Shown here in pieces: positions 15,661-29,454 of a stretch of 64,000 nucleotides of DNA; position 1 is the stretch's first letter; each line of letters starts with the position of its first letter. The notes beneath the pieces were generated by a model. The model did no database searches. It was not told where the DNA came from and saw only the letters and a program-made list of their open reading frames with translations. Origin of the DNA: the human T2T-CHM13v2.0 reference genome, Homo sapiens; NCBI RefSeq assembly GCF_009914755.1, contig NC_060934.1; one strand, given 5' to 3'. Position numbers and translations under genes: made by a program.

Positions 15661-16590
15661 AGTGTAAAGCTGTTAGTGTTAAAAGACAAACATTAGTGCC
15701 CAAGAAAATCAGGAGGTAACAGACTTCAAAAGGTTTTGTAGTTATGTCTTCCCGATGTCACTGTTATTGTTCCATAATTAAATGGTATTCTACCTAGACA
15801 TCAGGTGACCTAAGGCTTTCTACTACTGAGTGGCCCACACTTCTTTTTTTCTTTTTTAAAGTATAAAACCTAGAAGGAGGTCGCTGTTTCTTTTTCTTTT
15901 CAGGCAGGTATTGCTCTGTGGACAGTAACAAGGGGAACTTCCTGAGCTTACACACTTGGCAGCCAATTCCAGAACACTAGAGACCAGCGTCAGGAAGAGA
16001 CAAGAAAAGGAAAATTTGGAAATATGGGATCACTATTCACATAAACACATGGTTTCATTTAGTACATATGGCTTGGCAAAGGGGGACTGGATTAATAAAT
16101 TCTGGTAATATAGTAAGGACAAAATAAATGTAAAAAAGATAGAAGTAAATGGAGAACATCAACATGAACGCGTGCTCCTTTGAGTAGAAAGTAATTTTTC
16201 TGCTTTGTCACTCAAATAGCTGGCAGACCTGACATCACCCTGCCTCTGCTTCCATGCTCTAAAACTTTCCTGGGCCTCAGATTTGGATGCTAATATGATT
16301 TTCCACTTAGTGGATAAGAGCTCCCTGGAGAAGGGCTCATTCTTGGATGGGCAACAGAATTAGAGCCTGAGTCTAGAGCTAATAAAACAAAGACAAAGAA
16401 GGGATCACGCAGAAAGCTTGGTAAAGACTGTCCTGGCCAATCTGATTACAGTCAGTTGGTACATGATGAGCCAAGAAAAGCCAGGAGTCCATCCTCAAGT
16501 CCAAAAGAGACAAATACTAGTAAGTATTCTAGAGAAAGGTCATACCCTTTAATATGCATTAACAGACTGAAGCCCGACTACAAAATAACA

Positions 16591-17197
16591 CAGGTTGATC
16601 CCTGTATTAGTGCATTTTCATACTGCTATGAAGAAATACCCACGACTGAGTAGTTTATAAATTAAACTTCTTATGAAGAAAAAGAGGCTTAATGGACTCA
16701 CAGTTCTGCATGGCTGGGGAGGCTTCACAATCATGGCAGCAGATGAAGGATGAGCAAAGGCACATCTTACATGGCGGCAGGCAAGAGACTGTGTGCAGGG
16801 GAACTGCCCTTTATAAAACCATCAGATCTCATGAGACTTATTCACTATCACAAGAACAACATGAGAAAAACCCACCCCTATGATTCAATTATCTCCCACT
16901 GGGTCCCTCCCACAACATGTGGGGATTATGGAAGCTACAATTCAAGATGAGATTTGGGTGGGGACACAGCCAAACCATATCAATCCTTTATCCAGAATTC
17001 TTGGGACCAGAAGTATTTTGGATTTCAGATTTTTTGGACTGACATATTTGTACTCTATTTACCAGTGCATTATCTCTAGTCTGAAAATCCAAAATGTTCC
17101 AATGAGCATTTCCTTTGAGTGTCACGTCAGCACTCAAAAAGGTTCAGATATGGTGCCTTTCAGATTTGGGATTTTTGGATTAGGGATACTCAACCTG
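16591..17197. mobile_element. Tigger4/MER46-type non-autonomous DNA transposon interrupted by THE1 LTR
   Basis: Termini caggttga...gggatactcaacctg|ta; internal ccaatgagcatttcctttgagtgtcacgtcagcactcaaaaag. Confidence 0.8.
16603..16982 (-). mobile_element. THE1 (C/D-like) MaLR solo LTR
   Basis: tgtattagt...gagatttgggtggggacacagccaaaccatatca; 5-bp TSD atccc/atcct. Confidence 0.93.
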
Positions 17198-20100
17198 TAT
17201 AAATGTGTGTTATATATCCACTGTGGGCTGCAGTTATACAGGTTGAGTATCCCTAATCCCAAAATCAGAGGGTGTATCTAGCAGAAAGATAGATTTGTAC
17301 TTGTTGTACCAGAACCACTCAGATAAGGGGTTGCTAAATTAGAATCAGGGTGAATTGCAGGAAGCTAGCCCTGAGGGACTAAGGAGCTGGCAGTAGGAAT
17401 ACTGTTAGGGACCCTTGAATGTCGCATGTGCCTGCAACCCTAGTATGAGGATGAGGCCTTGTAGGAGGCTGAATTTGATTCAAGAACCAGAAAAGTCAAA
17501 TGATCATGTACATTCCCCTGAACTTCATACACTGGCTTCCCTTTGAGGGTATCAACATAAACTTAACATTTTCTTATTTTCTTCCCAGATGTTACTCAAA
17601 GCAACATGGAAAATGAGACAACGTTCTTTTAAACTGGCCAGAACTTGATTTCTGGCTTTGTCCTCAGTTGTTTTACTTAAACGATGACTGTCCGTTTTCT
17701 CGTCTGAAAGCAGAGGCAAACTGTGAACCTACAGGAGATGAATTCTGTAAAGAATTCACCAGGGCCTGGATGTGCATGGTAGGAACACAGAAGTCAATAA
17801 ATGTCAATTCTCTCTCCTTAGTGTAATTGAGGCAAACTGTATCACACACTAATCTACATGAAGAAAATAAAAATGGGGGTAGGAAGTTGGGAGTAGCTGA
17901 CTTTATAATGCAGGTCCTGAATTTTTCTAGTAAAAGCCACTCAATACTCTTAGTACTGAAACCAGAGTAAACCCAAGTCGTCTTGTATCATGCATGTGTA
18001 CAGTGGCCTGCAAGGAGCTGTTTCCCCATTTGCAGTTCTCTTCTAACCATGTTCCAAAAATTTATAGAGAATATTTTTACTTTATGGCCAGTATTTTTTC
18101 TTGTTGCCCTGTCTCAACTAAACTTAGAAAAATGAAGCAGAGACTGTCTTCAGAAAACTTAAAATAATATAGCTCCAAGATTATAAGTATTTCAAAACAA
18201 AAACTTTTATTGACAACATTTACATTTCTTAGGAATTATCCAGAATTTAGCACCAAAATACATTTGTTAGTTGCAAGACACATTCTATTAAAAGATCACA
18301 CCACTCACGCAGTTTCTATTGGGAATGCACAAGAACAGATTAAACATGCTCATAATCCCACATAAACAGTCTGAAACACACACGACGTCATCTTAGTTGA
18401 CAGCTTAAAAAAATTAAGGAGAAAAGAAACAAAAAAAAAATCCTTGTCTCACTGTAGGAATCCGAAGCGCATTTCCATCCTTTAAGACACAATCAATTCT
18501 TTCAAGATCCATTCTTCCTTATTTCAAACCCTCATGCCCTTTCAAAAATAGAAAAGCTTTTCTCTCACTTAAAGTCTTAGGTGGGAAAATACCCCTAACA
18601 AAACAAAACAAACCCAACGTAGAAATCCATTTTCTTGCTTTTTCTTTATTCTTCTCTTTTGTTGGTCTTCATGAATGACCATCTTTTCTCATTTGATTCT
18701 CAAGGAAAAACAGACTGCCACAGATTCTTCCAAGAACATAGGAAAGCCTAATGTTATCTGACAGGTGTTATAAACAGTGGAAGATTTCACAATGCTTCAG
18801 CCAAGAATTGGGATGGTCCATGCATTAAGCGAGAAACCTTCTCTCAAGCTGTCTTTCAAATTGTCTCTTTCCAAGATTCGGGACTCATTTTACGAGGTGA
18901 TATCACCTTGAAAATTTTTAGTGTACCTGATCAAAGGGAGACTAAAAAGGAGGACTTCCACACAATCTTCAAATGAATGAAAATAGGAGATAGTGTAGAC
19001 AAAACCAGTTACAAAGCCACATTCTTTGTGGTTTCTTCCTTTATACATTCATGGGGAAGTAAAAACTTCCTACTGGGGAGTATTTTCTTTTTTTAAGAAA
19101 TAATCTTTTCAATAGTGAATACATGTGAAAATAGGACATTCAATAGGTACCACAGGATAAAGAGTGAAGAGGATGTGCCCACTCCTCCCTGTCTCTTGCC
19201 ATCCAGTTTCTTTCCCTAGAGATAACCACCATTACTACATTACTAGTTTATTGCCTATCCTTCAGGAATATTCCATCCACTTACAAGCACAATCACGCAT
19301 TCCACATGCCCCATGGACTACTCCATCATGGAAAAAGAGAAGGCAGACAAGTGAATCACAGATCCCTCAGATTTGAATTAAAAAAAAAAAAGTCTTGCTT
19401 TCAAACATAATTAGTTTATTGGTTAAGGAAATGTTTCATTTGCACCATAAGAGTAATGTGGTAAAAAGATCTATAAAAATAACGAAGCACCATAGGGAAG
19501 ACATAATCTAAGCTGAGTATTAGATAGTGAGAACACATTTTAATGTTTCCAGTACTTTTTATTACCTACCACCAAAAACAATGAACTGTATAACTTGGAA
19601 CACTCCAGACCCCAGAATGGTCTTACTTTTCAGAAATTAGGGTGACCTGTCAGAAGTTATATAAGACACTGGGGATGTCATGTGCAAAGCCCAGTCAAGA
19701 AGGAATCTTGCTTTCAAAAAGACTTCAGTCTCTTACAGGAGAAAAAAACACATACTTAACTACTAAAATACAGGTAGTATTCACACCAATAAATATTGAG
19801 TGAGAAACTTACATACAGTACATACAAGGCATACAATGTCTGACACCTGGGAAAGAAGTGATAGCCACTGTTATTATTAAAATTACTACTAATGAAAGTA
19901 GAGGCCCTAAAGAAAGATGATAAAAGGAGCGTAGAGTTGATGGGCAGTAGGGAAACCTTCCAAGAAAAGATCTCTGAGGAAGCGATATTTAACCTGAGAC
20001 TTGAAGAATAACTGGGCATTTAATAGGTAAAGATGTGAAGAAAGAGCATTCCAGACAGACAAGGCAGCACACGTGGACGTGAGGTGGAAAGCAGGTTGTA

Positions 20101-20233
20101 TCTCTGCTGGGATGTAACCCGGCCTTGTCTTTCTGGGTCCATTCCCAGCAGCTCTGTCTGAAGGCTCTCTATTGCCAGCTCAGCTCCCACGTGGCCCACC
20201 ATCACCATCCTTCTGCCCTAGAGGATACTGTGA

Positions 20234-20764
<531 letters not shown>

Positions 20765-20827
20765 TGACATTCCCAAGAGCTCAAGTTTAAAAAAATAGTA
20801 AGAAGAAGAAAAATAAAAAACAAGGAC

Positions 20828-21255
20828 TGTGTTAGTTCATTCTTGCGTTGCTATAAATACCTGAGGCTAGGCAATTTATACAGAAAAGAAGTTTAATTTG
20901 CTCATGGTTCTTCAGGCTGTACAAGAAGCATAGTGCTGGCATCTGCTTGCTTCTAGGGAGGCCTCAGGAAGTTTACAAACATGGCAGAAGATGAAGGGGG
21001 TGCAGGCATGTCACGTGGCAAAAGCAGGAGCAAGAGGAAAGGGAAGGGGAGGGAGGGAGGTGGCACACACTTTTAAACAACCAGATCTTGTGCGAACTCA
21101 GAGCAAGAGCTCACTCATCACCAAGAGGACGGCAAAAGCCATTCATGAGGGATCTCCCTTCTGATCCAAACACCTCCCACCAGGCCTCACCTCCAATGCT
21201 GGGGATTGCATTTCAACATGAGATTTGGGTGCGGACAGATATCCAAACTATGTCA
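20828..21255 (-). mobile_element. MST (MSTB-like) MaLR solo LTR
   Basis: tgtgttagttcattcttgcgttgctataaa...ggcctcaggaagtttacaaacatggcagaag...catgagatttgggtgcggacagatatccaaactatgtca. Confidence 0.9.
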
Positions 21256-22634
21256 GGAAAAAATGAAACAACAAAACAAAACAAAGAGCTCAAGTTTAGC
21301 ACCTTGTTCCCAAGGGAAAGGGCTGAGCTCAGTAACTCTTAATTTTGGATGACAACTCTAATAAAATCCAGAAGAAAATGGAGATACTGCATTAAAATAA
21401 ATGCTATAGGCTTAACATTGGGAAATGATGCTTCCTATTGTGTGTCTATTTAGCAGTCTTAGCCTTATAGTTACACCAAACACAACATTCTGCTGGAGAA
21501 AAACAAAGAGAAAAGGTTGACCTAAGACAGCAACTATCACCCTGCTGACTATTTGCATGAAATTATGAGTAAGTTCTTAGATATTGGTTGTAAATATAAC
21601 GCACAACTGACAAAAAGCACCATCTTAAATGATCCTTTACATGCCACTTTCTCTAACCTATTAAGATGCTCGTTGTTTCTCTGATTTATCTGATAATAAA
21701 TTTTTGATGACTGTTAAGTCTCATAAAATTGCTCTGGTGCTGACTACACTGATTAATAAGTCTGAAGAATCGAAACTGTCAGGAATTCGTGTGTAAGAAT
21801 AAGTTACTGCCAAACATCCATTAGATATTCCATAAAATATGGAATAAAAAGGTTGATCTGGTAATTTTATCTTGGATCCATTTTCCCGTAACAATTTGTA
21901 TTCAGGGTCATCATTGTCTTCTATTGCCTTAAAAAAATCGATAAAGCAAATCCAGATGGGAGGCAAATTTAAGAATTAAATTGAATTAAAAAAATAATGA
22001 ATTGATGTCAATAAAATATGTTTCCTAGAAAAATAAAGAACTGAGGATTAGAAATCATTGCTGGGACGACCCTCAGAGATGATCTAGTTTGAAACTTGAG
22101 CTGTGCAGATGGGGAAGCTGAGGTGGGTGGGATGAGGTCATTTGCCATGAGAAAACTGACACTAGAAGCCACCTCTAAGATGAGTAATCTAAGAACAAGT
22201 CCTATGTATATGCCATATATATGTGCTGTATGTTTTTTAAAAATGTTATTTTGATTTTAAAAAGTTCAAATTTATAATAAAAATCAATCCATCTCTACCT
22301 GGAGCCTTTTTCCTCTAACAAGTCCTATATTCCTTATTTCCCCTTCTTTTTTCCTTAGTGTTTCACGGAAGAGTCACTGTGTCTTTACAGCATGGTGCAT
22401 CCTATGAAAATAAGCACTCCATCTTTGATACCTCTCTTGGCATGCTGAGAAAGCAAGCCAGCTTTAACTACATGAGAAGAGAATTCTGTGCCTCTTGATG
22501 CTACCCACCAATCCATAGATCTCCTGGGACAAGGTAGGAAAAATGAGACAAAAATCATGAAGGCTGTAGATGTGGTGACCAGAGTCCCAAGATGGGACAG
22601 GGAATCTCTGACTCCACACTCTATAGGGCAAAAC

Positions 22635-22958
22635 CCTCAGAGGCGTTCGAACCAGAGTGACTCCATCTTGAGTGAGGGCTAGGAAAATGAGGCTGGGACC
22701 TGCTGGGCTGCACTCCCAGGCAGCTAGGCATTCCTAGCCTCTAAATGCTTATAGTTACGGGAACAGACTGATAATGTTGACTAAACAGACCCAGACTTGG
22801 GAGTGTCCTGATATCCCGATATCTGGAAAACAAAGGCATTCCTAATTTTGCTTTAAAGATAATATTGATTCTTGCAAAATATAGTAATTAAGAAAATTAA
22901 TCCTTTATCAGAAACCCTTGTAGCAGAACACATCTCTCCATGGTCTTTTAAAATCATT

Positions 22959-23008
<50 letters not shown>

Positions 23009-23209
23009 CATGTTACCTAGGGTGGACATGCGTTCCTCCTCTTACTTTCGGGAACACCTACTCTGTCTCTGGAGTAGCTGTTCTTTCACCACTTTACTTT
23101 CTTAATAAACTTACTTTTACTTTGCCCTGCAGACTCACCCTGGATCTTTCTTGTGCAAAATCCAAGAACCCTCTCTTGGGGTCTGGATCGGGACCCCTTT
23201 CCTGTAACA
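22635..23209 (+). mobile_element. MER41-family (C/D-like) ERV1 solo LTR with internal (CA)n
   Basis: tcagaggcgttcgaaccagagtgactccatcttgag...aataaac...ggatcgggacccctttcctgtaaca; 4-bp TSD aaac. Confidence 0.88.
22962..23006. repeat. (CA)n microsatellite
   Basis: About 22 uninterrupted units inside the MER41 LTR. Confidence 0.95.
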
Positions 23210-23583
23210 AAACTCCAAGAGCCATTACACAGGACCACACAGGTCCCAGGATCCACACCTACTGGAGGGGGTCCCATCACATGACACAGACCCTCCACAC
23301 CGCACATGCCCTCCTTATGAGTGAAGGACACAATAGGGGTTGGTGCTCTGTGGAACCCTCCCTTCATGAATTCTCTACCAAATAGGACAAAGAGGCGGTT
23401 TGTTAGGTACCTTTCATTCCTAACGCATCTTCGAATTCAAAGCAGCTTTTGTTTTAACAGGGTCCATTCTTAAAAGATTAACAATAACAGACCCCTCTGC
23501 CATTCCTTACAATGAAACAGTGGTAAATGTGCATTTCTGGAGAATAACATGATGTTGAAACCCAAGCCTTAAGAGAGGAATGG

Positions 23584-23614
23584 GTGTGTGGTGTGTGTGT
23601 GTGTGTGTGTGTGT
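23584..23614. repeat. Imperfect (TG)n microsatellite
   Basis: gtgtgtggtgtgtgtgtgtgtgtgtgtgtgt. Confidence 0.9.
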
Positions 23615-24046
23615 TGTGGTAGGGGTGTGGATCAAGACTTGGAGAGCCATTTAAACACACTGGCTCATAAACAGAACGTGTCTCCCTGTGAAGGTGTAGA
23701 GGCTACAGATGAAGAGAGGAAAATGAAGGAACAAATTCATAAACAACTCAATGCCGTTTCTGGGCATTTGAGTAACAATAAATATTTCATTCTATTGTGT
23801 TTGTATATTATTTCATATGTGTTTATAAGGTTCATGGTATTAAAAAATAGCCCAGGAAATACTGTTTTCCACTATAATGGTTAATTTGTAAATCATCTCA
23901 TTGGGAAGACAGACAATTCTATCACCTTTGACACGCACATACTTTTGATTGATGTTGTTTATATGGAGACTGAGTAAATTATCATTGAAGTTTTAGTTAT
24001 TTTATATGGCAAATTTACCAAATACTTTTTTGTTGAAGTCCTAACC

Positions 24047-24846
24047 TCCTAACAAAAAGAGGAGAAACTCTGTAAAATATTTGGAGAGATTTATTCTGAG
24101 CTAAATATGAGTGACCACGGTCGTGACACAGCCCCCAGGAGGTCCTGAGAACATATGTCCAAGGTGGTTGGGGCGCAGCTTGGTTTCATGCATTTTAGGG
24201 AGGCATGAGACATCAATCAAATACATTTGAGAAATATACTGGTTTGGTCCAAAGGCGGTTCAACAATTCAACTTCAATTCAATTGTTCAACTTCGAACAA
24301 TTCGAAGCTGGGTCTTCCAGGCTTTAGGTAAATTTAAACATTTTCTGGTTGACAATTGGTTGAGTTTGTCTAAGACCTGGGATTAATAGAAAGGAAATGC
24401 TCAGGTTAAGATAAAAGATTGTGGAGACCAAGATTCTTGAAGTGTCATACTGGCTGTCCTTAGAGACAACAGATGACAAATGTTCCCTATTCAGACCTAT
24501 ACAAGGTGCTAGACACTCAGTTCATCTCCTCAGGATTGGGAGGGTGGTGAAAGAAAAAGATCTAGCTATGCTAGCAGAGATTCTTTACAGATGCGCATTT
24601 TCACCCACAAAGGATGGCTGTGCAGGGCCATTTCAAAATATAGCAAAGAAACATGTTTTGGGGTAAACGATTTTTATTTTCTTCTTTGTCACATAATGTT
24701 ATGCCAGAGTCAGATTGGAAAGTAAGTCAGGATATGTAGGGTTAAATAAAACCCATCTGATAAGAATTTATGGTTAGTAGGGCATGACTCCCCAACTCTC
24801 TAGATACGAATTTTGGCAAGATAAAAAAACCAGAGCTTAGTCCTCA
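24047..24846 (-). mobile_element. MER4-family (D/E-like) ERV1 solo LTR
   Basis: aaactctgtaaaatatttggagagatttattctgag...gacacagcccccaggaggtcctgagaaca...cagagcttagtcctca; interrupts an MLT1. Confidence 0.82.
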
Positions 24847-25189
24847 ATGGTCATATTTGGAGACAGCGTTTTTAAAGAGATAATCAAGTTAAAATGCAGT
24901 CATTAGGGTGGGCCCTCACCCCGGATAACTGATATCCTTGTGAAATGGGGAGCTTTGGACACAGAGACAGAGATACCTAGAGAGATGATGATGTGAAGCA
25001 GCACAGGGGTAAAAGAGCCAAGGAGAGAGGCCTTAGACAAACCCTTCCCTAACTGCCCTCAGAAAAAACCAATCCTGCTGACACCTTGATCTGGGACTTC
25101 CGGCCTCTAGAACATGAGACAATGAATTTCTGCTTTTAAACCATGCCGTTTGTGGTACTTGGTTATGGCAGCCAAAGCAAACGAATACA
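24847..25189 (+). mobile_element. MLT1 (A/B-like) MaLR LTR, main portion
   Basis: aagttaaaatg...gtcattagggtgggccct...ctgctgacaccttgatctgggacttccggcctctagaac...gttatggcagcc...aataca; 5' piece tgttgaagtcctaacc at about 24031. Confidence 0.85.
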
Positions 25190-25395
25190 AATAGTAAAGA
25201 CAAAATCAGCTGTCACCAGGAAAAGAAAAAGAAACACCCAAAAGCCACTGTACTTATTCATTAACCTGCCACAAAAAAACCCCAAAACTTCAATAATTTA
25301 ATTTCCAAATAGACACTACCTAATTGGATAGAGAATATAAAGTATGTGCATTTTGACAATGACAGTATTGTATATGTTCCAAATGAGATTATTTA

Positions 25396-26272
<877 letters not shown>

Positions 26273-28144
26273 GAACTATTAAAGTGGAAAATAATATTTT
26301 ATTCTTGACTACATTTTAAAAAATATCAAGAGTCTTATAAACAAATAATATGCAAACACAGTAGAACAAAATATGGAAAGTTATTTCCTTAATGCTTGAT
26401 GAATACATTGAGGCATGGATAAATGCCTGTGAACATAACTCACATTTAAGTTTTTTATCTGATAAAGTTGATTGAAACTCCTTTCATAGCATTTTGCATT
26501 TTAATCTAAAATAACTGACAACACAGAAGAATCCTTAAATGCCCAAAATTAAAAATTTAAAAAACCCCACAAAACCTCCAACAATGCCTGGCCAGGATAA
26601 GAAACCAGAGTTCAATAAAAAACCAGCATGTAATAAAACAAGTTATTACTGTGTAGAGATTAGAAACCACAAACAGTTTTGTTTGATTATAAAAGCGCCA
26701 CTTTTAAATTTATCTCTCAAATAAAAACAGCAAATGCAGGCAATAATTCATCTCAGCTGAATAGAAAGCATCAAGCATTGAACTTTTAAGACTCCTGGGA
26801 GTTAATAATCAATATGTAGAGGTGACCAATTTCACTTCAGTGAGGTCAATATCCAATAGTTCAATATGATTATATCAAATGAACAGCATCCAAAAAAAAG
26901 GAGCTCAGAATAGCTCCTCTTGAAGAGAATGTAACCTGACACATTATGGGTTTTTTGGAGTATGGATGGAGTCTAGCTGATATTTATTTTCCTTCTGTCA
27001 AGTGAGACAAATTATCTATATTCTATTTACCTTAAATTGATACTGTAATGTATCATGCTCCACTTTAGGAGCTGTATAAGGCATGCCAAATGCAGGCTTG
27101 ATAGTCAACAATCAAGTGAGGGGGATGGAGAAGGGAACAGGGGAAAGAGGGGACTGGAATAGGAGGAGAGAGACACACACAGAGAGAGACTGAGATAGTT
27201 TTACTCTTTAAAGTCCTACGGAAAAGGCTTTTGTAGTGCAAGGTTCAGGATAAATCTCTCTTCTCCCTTTGATGTTGCAGCTGTAGTTTTTTCCCCTATG
27301 CCCCTCTAATAGTTATCCACAACTCTTCAAAGATAAGTACACTAGTCATTGAATAAAATGCAAATTGCATTGAGTAAAAAAGGCAAGGAGCATAGGGTTT
27401 TTTCTCACTGGTCAAACCTGAGCCTACCAGGTCCCAGTCAGAGCTCCCAGGCAAGCACAGAGTGCTGGAGGATTAACCACATTAGAGGACCAGAGGGAAG
27501 TAGTGAAGAAAGCAACGTGGATATGGGAGGGTACATTTTCCAAGTCTTTATTTGCATCTATTGCATATCACAGTGAAAAACACTCCAGAGTAGGACACGT
27601 ATACAATGGAGTCTTACTAGATGTCTTCAGGAATACAGCTAGTCTCCTGAAGCTGGTTTTTAAGCCCTAGTAGAGTTTCACCTTTGACCTTCATAGGATT
27701 AGGGGATGGAAGTTCCCAACTTAACTCACAGAATCCAAGTGTCCTGGAAATATCAAATGGGAACAAGCACCTTCCATTTAAAAAACTGAACCATTTTGCA
27801 TGAGCTATAAAATTACAGAAAAGTAAAGCCTCAAAAGCCTGTGAAAACATCATATATTGAATAAATTATGAAAATGCAAAAAAGGGAAAAATACTAGTTA
27901 CCTGTGAAGTATATATGAATAATAGTGTTAACCAAGTTACAAGGCAGAAAAAAAAATCCTTTAAATGCAAAATACACTAAGCAATCTATCACAACATTTG
28001 GAAGAGAGTAAGAACTTACGTATTCTTCCTTACATCGTCTGTATTCCTCCTGTCATATTAAAGAGGGAGGTATCAATTTAGCAGGGTAACTGATACCTCA
28101 TGATCACATACAGGAACAGTTGAGCAATTAAACAAAAAATCAAA

Positions 28145-28451
28145 TTATTATTATTATTATTATTTTGAGATAGGGTCTCACTCTATCACTGAAGCTGGAG
28201 TTCAGTGGTGTGATCTTGGCTCATTGCAACCTTGACCTTCTGGGCTCAAGGCATCCTCCCACCTCAGCCACCCAAGTAGCTGAGACTACAGGCATGTGCC
28301 ACCATGCCCGGCTAATTTTTTTTCATTTTCTGTACAGACGAAGTCTCACTATGTTGCCCAGGCTGGTCTTGAACTCCCTGGGCTCAAGTGATCCTCCTGC
28401 CTCGCCTTCCCAAAGTACTGGAATTACAGGCATGAGCCACTGCACCCAGCC
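28145..28451 (-). mobile_element. AluJ
   Basis: (TTA)n tail plus reverse dimer with J features (ctatgttgcccaggctggtc, gggctcaagtgatcctcc). Confidence 0.93.
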
Positions 28452-28753
28452 TTCAAAAGTTAGTATTACATATTGGCTTACTTTTATTCAGTAGAATAAA
28501 CATTCTGGAGTTTTTTGTGTTTTAAAATGTGATGCTACCTAATTTTATCATTGAAGTTAACATGAAATAAGAGATGTGACACAATACACCCCAAATATAT
28601 TATATGGGTTTCCCTTTTCTCTGATACTTTTTAGCAATACTGGTTAAATGCAACATATTTTCTTGCAAATAGGTCCACAGATGCCAAAACTTTGAATCAC
28701 ATATTATGGATAAAATGTGATAATGCATTTTCAACTTTAAAAAAGAAAATATA

Positions 28754-29454
<701 letters not shown>

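Noticed and set aside
18453-18538. Possible - strand exon (…gaaAG | … ACA|GTGAGA)
   Set aside because: The acceptor has purines at -3 to -5 and the donor is mediocre; no supporting frame.
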